DNA of 34,541 nt. Origin: a virus (taxonomy: Duplodnaviria; Caudoviricetes). The notes beneath the pieces are model-generated. The model did no database searches, was not told the origin of the DNA, and saw only the letters and a list, made by a program, of their open reading frames with translations. Both the position numbers and the translations under genes were made by a program. The stretch is taken from the IMG/VR virus record IMGVR_UViG_3300020044_003104, positions 1-34,541 of that record; one strand, written 5' to 3'. Shown here piece by piece: positions 24,590-34,400 of the stretch; position 1 is the stretch's first letter, and every line of letters begins with the position of its first letter.

Positions 24590-25995
24590 CAGAACGCTAA
24601 CGGCTCAATTGCCGCCTCTAGCCTTGCAAATGACATATGCGCGTCTGAAGTGCCTTGGAATCTCTGTATGCGCCAGTTACGCATCCATCCCTGCTGGAAC
24701 CAGACAAGACGCTTTGCACGCTCTCCTGTCTTTCCAGCTCTGATAAACTTCTGCTGACTCCATGTTTCGCCATCAGTTGAATAACTGGTATTGATTGTTG
24801 GATCAGTCCCAAAGGCCACCGCACCTGTTAGCCCAACAAGTTCAAGCTGCTGAATGATAGCTCCGCGCCCTTCGTTATAGACAATAGTCGTTCCAAACTC
24901 CCAGCGTACTTCATCGCCATACTGAGTAGAGATGTCTTTAACCAGATAACCTACGTTGTTGCTGGTTGGGTCACCGCATAGCCATTTGTCATAGCACCAA
25001 ACAAAGTTTTGAGCACGATACTTTGCAAAGTCAACAATGCTGCTGGTTAGAATAAACCAAACTGGTTGCCCCAATTCATTTGAAGCAGCCCCATCATATA
25101 CCAGTGAGCGATCTGGTAAATGAACATATAAATGCTCATGCGCTCGATCATTACGCGCTTCCATGTTTACCAGCGCAAGTTCTGCCTCGGTGTAATTCAA
25201 AAGAATCGTGTCAATCTCTTGTGTGCTGATCTTGTTAGCATTGGCATTTACGCCAAGGTAAACACCAGGGGCTTCATTTGCGCCGCTGCCAAGGAACGCG
25301 CACGTTTCTAGATAGATACAGCAAGCGTGTGTGCCCGTAGCGCCCTTTTGAAGCTGAGCGCCCTCAATACGTTGAAATGGGAATAAATCCCCGCCCACGT
25401 TGTTAAAGACTTCAACGGTGTTTCTGTTCAGCGCATAGACTTCATTGCGGAGCTTGAGCAATCCTGTGATTGGATCAGGGTCGGCTTCTGCTGAACCATA
25501 TTTTAACGGATTAACTTTGAACGGATCATTCAATTCCGTCACAACAATAAACTCGCCATCAGTGGTCATGAAATAACCATCAACCCACACCACATCTAGG
25601 ACAACGCCTAAATCTGGATCAGTGACTTGTCTGACCGTTGATCCATCATAATAAAATAATCTGGTATCAGAAGCAATTGCCAGAAGGTCAAAGGAATAAT
25701 CCATTGATACGTTTATGCCATTGTCGCCAACGTCATCGATAACCGTTACTGTTCCATCCGCAGCAACGCTACAGAAAGATGAACCCATCACACGATAACA
25801 AACGCCATTCCAGTTTATCCCGCCGCGATCTACGCCAGGGCCAGTACCATTAGAGACAATGCCATCAGAGGGGCGCAAGAAACCTTGGCTGATTCCATTC
25901 GACTTTGGTACGGGCACAAAATTGACGGGATAAGACGTACGAAAGTCCGGCCCATTGTCCGTGTAGATGCCATTAAGGATTGGAACCTGAACCAT
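24589..25995 (-). CDS. Packaged-DNA stabilization / tail hub protein, P22 gp10-like
   Basis: 468 aa; 'RGGINWNGVCYRVMG', 'DGYF', 'YGSAEADPD', 'SYSTDGETWS' motifs. Confidence 0.9.
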   Translation of the reverse strand: MVQVPILNGIYTDNGPDFRTSYPVNFVPVPKSNGISQGFLRPSDGIVSNGTGPGVDRGGINWNGVCYRVMGSSFCSVAADGTVTVIDDVGDNGINVSMDYSFDLLAIASDTRLFYYDGSTVRQVTDPDLGVVLDVVWVDGYFMTTDGEFIVVTELNDPFKVNPLKYGSAEADPDPITGLLKLRNEVYALNRNTVEVFNNVGGDLFPFQRIEGAQLQKGATGTHACCIYLETCAFLGSGANEAPGVYLGVNANANKISTQEIDTILLNYTEAELALVNMEARNDRAHEHLYVHLPDRSLVYDGAASNELGQPVWFILTSSIVDFAKYRAQNFVWCYDKWLCGDPTSNNVGYLVKDISTQYGDEVRWEFGTTIVYNEGRGAIIQQLELVGLTGAVAFGTDPTINTSYSTDGETWSQQKFIRAGKTGERAKRLVWFQQGWMRNWRIQRFQGTSDAHMSFARLEAAIEPLAF

Positions 25996-26277
25996 TTACC
26001 ATTTAACCTTATCAGCCCAAAACGCCGCGCTCATTTTGCCCTTAGCTATATTCTTTGCGTGTCTAGCCTTGAATGATGCGCGGCGCTTCTTGTTGGATTC
26101 GCTTTCACCCTTGCTGGCAGGAGAACCCATAACGCCCTGCTGCCCGAAACGGATTGTTCTGATTTTATCGCCTTCTTTGGCGACCACAACGTGCGACTTC
26201 TTCGGATGCGATGGTGTGCGCTTAGGCTTGTTATAGCCAGCGACACCTGCACGAGTAAGACGCGAATCCTTTTTCAC
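25996..26277 (-). CDS. Highly basic hypothetical protein (93 aa)
   Basis: KKSHVVVAKEGDKIRTIRFGQQG...RRASFKARH...SAAFWADKVKW. Confidence 0.8.
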   Translation of the reverse strand: MKKDSRLTRAGVAGYNKPKRTPSHPKKSHVVVAKEGDKIRTIRFGQQGVMGSPASKGESESNKKRRASFKARHAKNIAKGKMSAAFWADKVKW

Positions 26278-26286
26278 TTAGGCGTC

Positions 26287-26409
26287 TTACTTCTTTTTCT
26301 TTTTGGCTTTGGTCATTGTCATTGCCTTGCCAGCTTTAGCGGCAGCTTTCTTAGCCATCGCCATACCTTTTGCATCGTAGCTGAACTTTTTTCCACCAAC
26401 CATTGGCAT
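26287..26409 (-). CDS. 40-aa Lys/Ala/Met-rich peptide (MPMVGGKKFSYDAKGMAMAKKAAAKAGKAMTMTKAKKKKK)
   Basis: Read by hand; AAGGA SD; fills the gap between neighbours. Confidence 0.75.
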   Translation of the reverse strand: MPMVGGKKFSYDAKGMAMAKKAAAKAGKAMTMTKAKKKKK

Positions 26410-26422
26410 ATCAATTTCCTTA

Positions 26423-27376
26423 TTAGAAAGTTACATGAAGCTTGAATGATTCAAGCCGCATGAGGTTATTCGCAGTTGCTGGCTTTACAGTGATTGCAAA
26501 TGTCTGATCCTGTGTAGCATCGACGTTCAGGAACACGTTTGCACCAGTCGATAGGCCATGACCTACCGCAGTTGCTGAGTTGCTGACAACTTGCGATCCA
26601 CCACGATTGCACATTAGCTTCTGAACGCACGCGCTGGTGTTGTTTGCCGCAGCAGCAGCCAAGAGAACGCCGCCGCCATATGTCATGCCCAAGGTTTTAA
26701 CTGTAGCGTTATTGGTCAACGTGAACAGAGCATCGATCTCCATACCGCCACCAACGCCCATTGACCAGCCAGGGACTGTAACAGATGCCAGAGTTACTTC
26801 GGTGTTAGCTACAGCAACAGTCGGGGTTCCAAGGCCCAATACATATGGAAGATCAATTGTAATAGCTACGCCAGTTGTATCAGCATCCAGCGCAGTAACT
26901 TCATACAAGCCATTAACGCCTGTGCCTGTTGCCCACGTTACATAAACGCTTGCGCCTACAGCAATTGCATCCGTTAAGCCGTGAGCGCCAGCACTGACTA
27001 ACTGAACGCTTCCGCCGTCATCCGCATAAGTAAGCGTCACAAAGGTACCGGCTGGCTCAACAAGGCCAACAGGCTCAAGGTTGCCAATTACCAGAGGTGG
27101 GAAGTCACGCAGAGTTGGTTGAGCGCCTACGTCATATTGCGCCGTTGACTCAGTGCCGCTGACAATACGCACAGTGCGATCAACAGGATAAGGGCCAAAT
27201 GTTTCTGCGCTGTTAGTAAGAGACGCAATCTCTGTGTAGTAGTCATAGCTTACTGGGCCAATTGGCTCAAGCAAAACGGTGGTGGCATCGTTACCCACGT
27301 TTCCAACGCTGATATATTCACCAGCAGGAACAAGAACGTCGGTAATAGTCTGAGTAAGGCCTGGTTGAATAATCAT
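26423..27376 (-). CDS. Putative virion structural/decoration protein (317 aa)
   Basis: Beta-rich, Val/Thr/Gly-rich; located in the head-tail cluster. Confidence 0.65.
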   Translation of the reverse strand: MIIQPGLTQTITDVLVPAGEYISVGNVGNDATTVLLEPIGPVSYDYYTEIASLTNSAETFGPYPVDRTVRIVSGTESTAQYDVGAQPTLRDFPPLVIGNLEPVGLVEPAGTFVTLTYADDGGSVQLVSAGAHGLTDAIAVGASVYVTWATGTGVNGLYEVTALDADTTGVAITIDLPYVLGLGTPTVAVANTEVTLASVTVPGWSMGVGGGMEIDALFTLTNNATVKTLGMTYGGGVLLAAAAANNTSACVQKLMCNRGGSQVVSNSATAVGHGLSTGANVFLNVDATQDQTFAITVKPATANNLMRLESFKLHVTF

Positions 27377-27397
27377 ATCTCAATCCTTTGATTAAAA

Positions 27398-27697
27398 TTA
27401 AACGCCGCCGTTGCCTGTCTGAATATTGAGCGTTGTGCCAGAAGCCGAAATGTGTGCCAGCTTTGTAAAGCCATTTGCTTTGCGGATAATAACTTCGCTG
27501 CCAGCACGAACCGCTAAGTCAGCCGTTGTTGCAGTCGCCGCAGTCTCACCGATGCGAACGTAACAGACGTTTGCGCCAGTGTTTACCAAACGGACGGAAT
27601 TATCATCTCCAGAAATATCCACCGATGCAGATGCAGCCGCAGGAGTTGCAACAATGTTCGATCCATAATTAGGAGCAAAAGGGTTTATATAAGACAT
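27398..27697 (-). CDS. Putative small virion protein (99 aa)
   Basis: Coupled (TAATG) to the upstream gene; beta-rich. Confidence 0.65.
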   Translation of the reverse strand: MSYINPFAPNYGSNIVATPAAASASVDISGDDNSVRLVNTGANVCYVRIGETAATATTADLAVRAGSEVIIRKANGFTKLAHISASGTTLNIQTGNGGV

Positions 27698-28023
27698 TAT
27701 CCGACCTTCCAGTTTGTGCCATCGCTATAGACGGGAACCTTGTTAGCGCCACCACCAGCAACAGTAGCTGCAAATGTTGTACTGCTTCCATCAGTAATAA
27801 ATGCGCGGGCTCCAGCATTGCCTACAGCAGCGGGAAGCTGGGCATAGGTAACAGGCGTTGTCTGCACTGATGAACAAGTGACAGCGCCGAAGTTTACCTG
27901 AACATATTCAATCAGAGTTGTAACAGAGCAACGACGAGCGTCACCTTGGTTCGTTACATACAACGGTAACTGATCTCCGCCATGAACCTGTGTTACGGTT
28001 GGTAGCTGGTTAATTGTAGGCAT
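27697..28023 (-). CDS. Putative virion protein (108 aa)
   Basis: C-terminal 'LPAA..NAGARAFITD...VPVYSDGTNWKVG' motif seen in phage fibre/spike proteins. Confidence 0.7.
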   Translation of the reverse strand: MPTINQLPTVTQVHGGDQLPLYVTNQGDARRCSVTTLIEYVQVNFGAVTCSSVQTTPVTYAQLPAAVGNAGARAFITDGSSTTFAATVAGGGANKVPVYSDGTNWKVG

Positions 28024-28026
28024 GGT

Positions 28027-28512
28027 TTAACTCCACTCAAAAGGGCCATCAGGCCCAGCATCTAAAGGATCATAAGGACGATTGACGAAAGGATTATCCC
28101 AACGCCAAGGCTTGTTGCCCTGACCGATTGGCATTGTTGATGGAAGCTGTTGTTCAAGCGGGAATGCAGCGCGTTGCATCAATACGTTATAAGCGCCCTT
28201 AGCCGATACCTTAGTGTCAGGCGATACAGACTTGCCGTAGCCAGGAGCGATCCGAATGGCTAGGTTTGTGATGATAGCTTCCCATGCGCTGTCAGGCACA
28301 TTGGTTTCTGTATCAAGGTCGCTGTCTTGTGGGCTACTTGGCATTGCGTATCCAAGACGGATGCCAGCAGCATTCCATTCAGCAATCATGGAATCTAAAC
28401 GACGCAAAGCGGCCTCTAGCTGTTCAGGCTGAAGGTCAAAGACGTAATCCGCCAAGCCAATTTCTTCAAAGGCTGACGTTACGAACTGGCGCTTTGTATA
28501 GCCCACAATCAA
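28027..28512 (-). CDS. Head-to-tail adaptor, P22 gp4-like
   Basis: TKRQFV..AFEEIGLA...LRRLDSMIAEW...GIRLGY...NLAIRIAPGYG...MPIGQGN. Confidence 0.85.
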   Translation of the reverse strand: MIVGYTKRQFVTSAFEEIGLADYVFDLQPEQLEAALRRLDSMIAEWNAAGIRLGYAMPSSPQDSDLDTETNVPDSAWEAIITNLAIRIAPGYGKSVSPDTKVSAKGAYNVLMQRAAFPLEQQLPSTMPIGQGNKPWRWDNPFVNRPYDPLDAGPDGPFEWS

Positions 28513-28841
28513 TCCTCCAGTTTTTCCGCAATGCGTTCAGCTAGCTTCTTATCAGAAGTTCGCGCATTAAACGATACATTTAATTCTTTGGCCTTAGCCT
28601 CAAGCTCATCGCGGGTTGCGTCTGATACTTCGTCAATGGCATCTTCAAAGGCTTCCGCAGATGCAATAATCTCTTTGGCGTCCTTGCCGCCCTTGGCTTG
28701 CTCATAAGACGCAGACCAGCCCTTGGCGATCAATGCGTCGAATGCCTCTTTGTCCGCAGCGGGACGAATAGAGTATGTGCCACCGCGAGGCTTTTTAAAT
28801 GGGCCAGGTATGCGGTAAACTATAGTTGGGAAGTCAGTCAC
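28509..28841 (-). CDS. Hypothetical protein with C-terminal HeH/LEM-like motif
   Basis: TRDELEAKAKELNVSFNARTSDKKLAERI. Confidence 0.7.
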   Translation of the reverse strand: MTDFPTIVYRIPGPFKKPRGGTYSIRPAADKEAFDALIAKGWSASYEQAKGGKDAKEIIASAEAFEDAIDEVSDATRDELEAKAKELNVSFNARTSDKKLAERIAEKLED

Positions 28842-29014
28842 TTCTTTTTGCCTTTCATTGGCTTTGCAGTCTTTGCTGATGCGATGAAGTCAGCCTTTGT
28901 TGGCGCACCTTTGCTGCCGACCTTCTTCATGCGCTCTGGTGTTTTGCCAGCAGCCTTCTGAGCCTTGATGCGCTTACGCTTCGCATTGATATTAGCATAC
29001 AAGCCCATCTTCAT
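28838..29014 (-). CDS. 58-aa Lys-rich protein (MKMGLYANINAKRKRIKAQKAAGK...KPMKGKKK)
   Basis: Read by hand; ATGA and GTGA overlaps with neighbours. Confidence 0.8.
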   Translation of the reverse strand: MKMGLYANINAKRKRIKAQKAAGKTPERMKKVGSKGAPTKADFIASAKTAKPMKGKKK

Positions 29015-29184
29015 TTCTTTGCCTTCCGCTTAGGAGCCTTTGATGGCTTCCCTGCTTTCATGGCAGCATCGCGTGCTACATTCAGTGCAATGGCGATGGC
29101 TTGTTTTTTAGGGCGACCAGCCTTTTCTTCCATCTTGATATTCTTGCCGATGCTTGCGCGGCTGAAACCTTTTTTCAATGGCAT
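29011..29184 (-). CDS. 57-aa Lys-rich protein (MPLKKGFSRASIGKNIK...KQAIAIAL...KRKAKK)
   Basis: Read by hand; AAGGAG SD; first gene after the coat terminator. Confidence 0.8.
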   Translation of the reverse strand: MPLKKGFSRASIGKNIKMEEKAGRPKKQAIAIALNVARDAAMKAGKPSKAPKRKAKK

Positions 29185-29201
29185 TGGTTCGCTCCTTAAA
29201 G

Positions 29202-29230
29202 AAAAGAGGGGGAAGCCGAAGCCCCCCCCA
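29202..29230 (-). terminator. Intrinsic terminator after the major capsid gene
   Basis: Minus strand GGGGGGGGC-TTCG-GCTTCCCCC followed by TCTTTT. Confidence 0.8.
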
Positions 29231-29236
29231 TCTCTA

Positions 29237-30511
29237 TTACGCTTGGTTGAAAAGCAGGATGCCTGCCATTTCTGGGTTCGTCATTACCACACCATACAGT
29301 GTGTCCAGCGTGTAAAGCGTCTGGAAGGTCAGTGGATCGAACTTCTTGGTCATGACCAATTCGATGCCCTGATCTGTAGCAGCACGAAGAACGTCAACGC
29401 CAGCGCCATCTGGAACAGCATAACGACCTGGGAGGAGTTCAATCGAATCCTTGCGCCAGAACGGGTTGATGTTCGATGCAGTGGTGTTGAGGAAGTTGAC
29501 ATCAGCAGTTGCCGAAGTCGCAGTTACTTCAACGTTCTGATACTGAAGTTCAGCATCAGTTGGCGACGAGTTTGCACCGATGATTGGAGGGCTGATAACC
29601 ATCGAAGTGCCGTTGACAACTTCAATGACGCGGAACGTCTTGAGTTCGCCAGTCGAACGCTTCGTGATGTGGTGAACAGCTTCAATGCCATCGATCGTGA
29701 ACGCATCGCCAGCAACAACGCCAGTTGTCGAGGAGACAGTGACGGTCTGATAGCGGTTGTCAACGTTGAGAATGCCGCCAGTGCTGCTGGTGGTTGCCTT
29801 TGGAACGTAACGAACCTGAGCGCCATTGGTAGCAATGGTGACAGTTGCAGCGTTAGCAGCACAACGGTTAGCGTAATCAAGCTTGTAGGTTTCAAAGCCA
29901 GCTACTGGGCCAACATACGAACGCTCATAAGCGTTTGCAGACTTGTTGCCAGTGAACGAACGAGTTGCGATTGCCAAGTTACCAGCCATGCCGTTGTAAT
30001 CGCGGCTCGACAAAGCGAGGTAGCGATCTTCAGCCATGACACCCTGTTCGTTCATGATGCTGTCGCAAAGCGCGATGTCATCATAATCGCCAGCAGCGGT
30101 TGATACGTCAACAACAAGCGTACCTTGAGCAGCAGCCAAATCCATAACGGAAAGGTTGATGTCCGAAGCAAGCTTCTGCTTTGCAGCAGCGCCCAAACGA
30201 TCTTCTTGCAATGCGTCACGAAGTTCCAAAGCATTCATTTCCCATGCCGAGCAAGGGCTGAAGCCCAAGGTCGAAGGAACAGAAAGCTGGGTCATCGTCG
30301 AAACACTAGAAGCAATCGAGCTGCCAATGGTACGTGTGAACGACTGAGCGATGTATGGTTGCGGACGCCACATGGTGTCACGAGCGCGTTCCATCGTTAC
30401 GCCGTTGGTGTTGTAGATGTTGATGTTCTTTGACAGGATCAAAGCATCGTTGAAGCCTTCGAGAATGTTCTCAAATGCAACAATTTCTTCTTTTGAAAAA
30501 GCGTTAGCCAT
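29237..30511 (-). CDS. Major capsid protein, P22 gp5-like
   Basis: 424 aa; follows the scaffold; 'MERARDTMWRP', 'AAKQKLASDIN', 'GDAFTIDG..AVH.ITK', 'DTLYGV...PEMAG'. Confidence 0.93.
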   Translation of the reverse strand: MANAFSKEEIVAFENILEGFNDALILSKNINIYNTNGVTMERARDTMWRPQPYIAQSFTRTIGSSIASSVSTMTQLSVPSTLGFSPCSAWEMNALELRDALQEDRLGAAAKQKLASDINLSVMDLAAAQGTLVVDVSTAAGDYDDIALCDSIMNEQGVMAEDRYLALSSRDYNGMAGNLAIATRSFTGNKSANAYERSYVGPVAGFETYKLDYANRCAANAATVTIATNGAQVRYVPKATTSSTGGILNVDNRYQTVTVSSTTGVVAGDAFTIDGIEAVHHITKRSTGELKTFRVIEVVNGTSMVISPPIIGANSSPTDAELQYQNVEVTATSATADVNFLNTTASNINPFWRKDSIELLPGRYAVPDGAGVDVLRAATDQGIELVMTKKFDPLTFQTLYTLDTLYGVVMTNPEMAGILLFNQA

Positions 30512-30528
30512 TATATTAACTCCAAAAT

Positions 30529-31386
30529 TTAGGTTTTCTTATTACGACGCTTGTATTCCATGACCTTTGACAAGTCTCCGGTCTTCAGGGCTTCGGCGCG
30601 TAAGCGTTCAAGTTGCGAATCAATGGAGCCAGACACACGCCCACCGCTTGTGGTGATTGTACGTTCTGGCGCGGTTGCCGCCTTTCGGTTAGTTACTTTC
30701 AACTGAGTCTCCAGTTTTGCTACCGCAAAGGCGAACTTCACGGGGTCGGTGATTGCTGCAAGTTCCTTAGCTCGCTTGGTGCTTTTGCCAATTGCGTAAA
30801 TAAGCAAAGCAGGGTTGTCAGAGCCTTGTAGAACAATCCCTTGTTGCGTTACGTCAAACGTATCTAAAGCCGTAGCTTCAGCTTCGTCATAGTCTCGCAC
30901 CTTTAACGAAGATTTGGCCTTCGCATAGGAATCAAGCTTGTCCTGCCATGCCTTAGCTTCAGCATCTTGCTGGGCCTTAACATTGGCTTCGGCTGCATCG
31001 TATTCGCGCTTGTGCTCATACCAATTAGCAAGCTTCTGTTCGTACTCGTCGGAGTCATAGTCACAACTTTCGAGCGTGGGCTTTGTTACTGCTGCAATTG
31101 GCTTAGTCTCAGTTGCTGCCGTATTTAGCTTGGCTTCCAGTTCGCGTATCTTCCGCTCTTTTTCCCGATTTGATTTACGCAATTCACGCACCCAAGCAGG
31201 CGCACGAACTTCTTCATCTTGAGGTGGCGATTCCTCACCGATAGAAATAACAACTTCGTCCTCGTCATCTTCTTCATCTTCAACCATTTCGATGGCATTG
31301 GTCTCATCGTCTGATTGGTCGTTGATTTCCGTTTCAATGTCGATCGCGTCAATATTGTCGTTATTATCCAGTTCTGCCGTTTTCAT
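30529..31386 (-). CDS. Scaffolding protein
   Basis: Acidic N-terminus, coiled coils, 'KPTLESCDYD', C-terminal coat-binding-like helix 'LRAEALKTGDLSKVMEYKR'. Start 31386 or 31398. Confidence 0.85.
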   Translation of the reverse strand: MKTAELDNNDNIDAIDIETEINDQSDDETNAIEMVEDEEDDEDEVVISIGEESPPQDEEVRAPAWVRELRKSNREKERKIRELEAKLNTAATETKPIAAVTKPTLESCDYDSDEYEQKLANWYEHKREYDAAEANVKAQQDAEAKAWQDKLDSYAKAKSSLKVRDYDEAEATALDTFDVTQQGIVLQGSDNPALLIYAIGKSTKRAKELAAITDPVKFAFAVAKLETQLKVTNRKAATAPERTITTSGGRVSGSIDSQLERLRAEALKTGDLSKVMEYKRRNKKT

Positions 31387-31473
31387 GTTTAACCCCATTA
31401 ACTCACCCAAATTTGTGGAGGGTGGAACCACATAGTTATACCATTACATTTTTTTATAAATAATGCAATGATG

Positions 31474-34400
31474 TCAAAAACCCATTGCCATTAAAAGCAA
31501 TGCGTTGTCGTTTTCTTGATCTAGCAGAAGGATTTCAATTGCCTCCTGCTCATCATCTAAGAATTGTTGAATCTCGTTTGCGGCAACTTTTAGGTCTTCA
31601 TTGAGACTGTTGTCATTCTGATCGTTTGAACCCTGGACGCTTAATTGTATTAGCAGTTTATCAAGCTGCCGTTGCAATGCGTCGGATGTGCCTTTTTCAT
31701 TTAGATAGGCATCTAATGTTCTGGCTGTTTTCTTTGCTACAGCCAGACTGCTTGTATTTAGAACATCGACATTCTTTGCAACCTGCTTGGCTGACAAAGC
31801 TGCTTCCAACATAGCGCGTTCGTTGGCGAAGCCTGTTTTCTTACGCTTAGTTCTTTTAGCTTTAGTGCTTGATGAATCCTCACCGCCGCCGCCACCAACT
31901 AATTGGACACCTGGCTGACTGACTGTAGCGGAATAGAAAATGTTCGTGTTGATGTAGAGCTGGGGTAGGAGTGTCTGCGCTCCACCAGCGATCGTAACGA
32001 TTGGGCTATAGAACACATTAGTGTTGTCATAGCGTGCAGGCGCAAGCGTGTTTGATGCTGCCACTGTGGGCGCATAGAATACATTTATATTATCGTAACG
32101 CGCAGGAGCAATCGTATTGCTTGTTGAAACCGTTGCTGCGTAAAACGTGTTTGGGTTAGTGTATAGAGCAGGAACAAGCGTCTGTGTGCCACTAGCTTGC
32201 GTAACCGTTGGCGTGTAAAATACGTTCGTATTATTATAGCGATTAGGCGCAAGCGTGTTACTTGTTGAGACCGTTGCGTTGTAGAAGACATTTGTATTGT
32301 CGTAACGCGCTGGAGTAAGCGTATTGCTTGCTACAACTGTAGCTGCGTAAAATACGTTCGTATTGTCGTAACGTGCAGGATTAACCGTATTGCTTGCCGT
32401 AACTGTAGCCGCGTAGAACGTGTTTACGTTTGAATACAGGCTCGGCAAAAGAGACTGCGGTGGGCCTGTCTGCGTTATTGTTGTCAGGTAAAAAGTGTTA
32501 GTGTTGGTGAACAGCGATGGGATCAGCGTTTGCGTACCCGATGGAGCAGCCGTGAATATCACGTTTAGGTTGTTGCCGCCGTCAGTTGAGTTTACACCGA
32601 CATAGAAGCGGTTGGCTTGGTTTACGCCAATGTCCTTGACGCTCAGATAGTCAATGCCGCTGGTTACGTTGGTCAGGTTAAACGTGCGGCGGGTTCCTGC
32701 GGTGTTGCTGTCTACCGTAACGACATTGCCTACTGTGCCTGTGATGCTCCAAGTGTCGATAGTGCCTTGGTTGGCATTAAGGCGAATAGTATGAGCTACG
32801 GTCTTTGTAGACGCTAGTTCAGTAAATGAGTTTGTGCCTGATAGCGATGTTGTTGATGTGCCTGTAGCGCCGCCGATGGTAAGTTTGTTGTATGATAGGG
32901 AGCCACCAGCAAAAATCCTAGTACCAGTCGTGGTGTTAGACAGCAGAATGTTGGCAGTATCTTTGTTAAATGTGAGGCTAGTTGTGGTTGCTAAATTCCA
33001 CACAGTTCCCGTATCACTTATTGTCCATAGACCAGAACCCATAGTTATGGTTCTGGTATTGCTATTACTGGAAGAAAAAGCTCTGCAAATCAGATTATAA
33101 TTGAACGCGTCAAACGTGCCGCTAGTGTGCGTAATCTGGTTGCTTGCGGTGTAAGCATCCCCAAGTCGAAACGTGCCGCTTGGAGCATTAACCGTAATCT
33201 GGAACGTGATGATTTTACCAGCACTAGTGAACACCATCGTGCTGCGGCCAGAGAAGGTTTGAGTAGAAGTGCCAGATACAGTTATACCAGAGCCAAGCGT
33301 GTAGGAGCCGTAACGGTTTACTCCCACGTTGTGGTTGAGCGTGATGCCTGTGGTTCTTGTAGAACAATCAAGACTACCAATGTTAAAAGCAGTGCCTAAT
33401 GCAAGCGTTCCTGTTAGCGTGGTGGCGTTGTCAATTACAGCCGTGTCTTGAGCCAGTGGGAAGTAAATTGTATTTGCGCTTCCGCCAGAAGTATCTGACC
33501 ACGCATTGCTGTTCCAGTTTGTAAGCGTGCCAACGCGATATACCGTCTTTGCCGCAGGGAACGTGATCCCACTGTTGCCACCGCAGTCGCCACCACGAGT
33601 GGGCGAGATAGGCGCTGCCGCCCCAGCAATGGTGATGTCACGGAAGTCACAGTCATTAGCAGATACAGCCGCACAGGTGAGGGTGCGTGTTGTGCCAATG
33701 ATATTGGACTGGACAAAGCCCCGCGCAACAGCAGACGAGCCAGCGCAAGTGAAAGTGCCGCTGACGGTTTGGTCGGCAGCGATAAACAGTTGGGTTAGGC
33801 CACTTCCGTTGGCGGTAAGCGTCAGGTTGTTAAATGTGTTTGCGCCCGTGATTTGGCGGGCTCCAGCGGATGTGTTGGTAAAAGAGACGTTGTAGAAAGT
33901 TTGACCGCCGCCGCTAAGAGTAGCACTTGAACTAGATAAATTAAGCTGAGAGGTTCCTGCGTTAAACGTGAGGTTTGTAGATGTAGTAAAGTCTATACCA
34001 GTGCTACCCGAAGATAAAGTTAAGGTGCTTGACCCCAGAGAAATAGTTCTGACGTTGGAGTTAGATGATGAAACCGAAACTCCCGTAACGCTGAAATTTG
34101 CAGTGTTAAATGTTCCTTGCGTAACAGTCAGTGTTCTTCCGCTTATGTTCAGCGCATCGCCAAGCGTTAGTGTAATACCTGAGCCGTCAACCACCACGTT
34201 AGTGAACGACTTGCCCGCAGTCGTTAGCGTCCCCGTTCCAGTGATTGTCATTGTTCCGGTGTGGGTGTAAGTCATGCCCGCAACAAGCGTCACGCTGCCT
34301 GCTACGGTAATAGCCCCTGTGCCAGCAATCGTCCCAGCAAAGCCCGTACAGTTAATTGACTTCGCGCCAGTGTTGCCCGTGGCAATCGTGCAAGTGCCAG

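Noticed and set aside
29060-30103. 347-aa plus-strand ORF
   Set aside because: Antisense shadow of the capsid gene and basic ORFs; no recognisable motifs.
31435-31480. Sigma70 promoter upstream of the scaffold
   Set aside because: AT-rich and plausibly regulatory, but TTGACA and TATAAA are only 13 nt apart, so no defensible box assignment.
31911-32535. CRISPR array or DGR repeats
   Set aside because: The repeats are in-frame, degenerate at synonymous sites and lack unique spacers. No cas or reverse transcriptase gene is recognisable.
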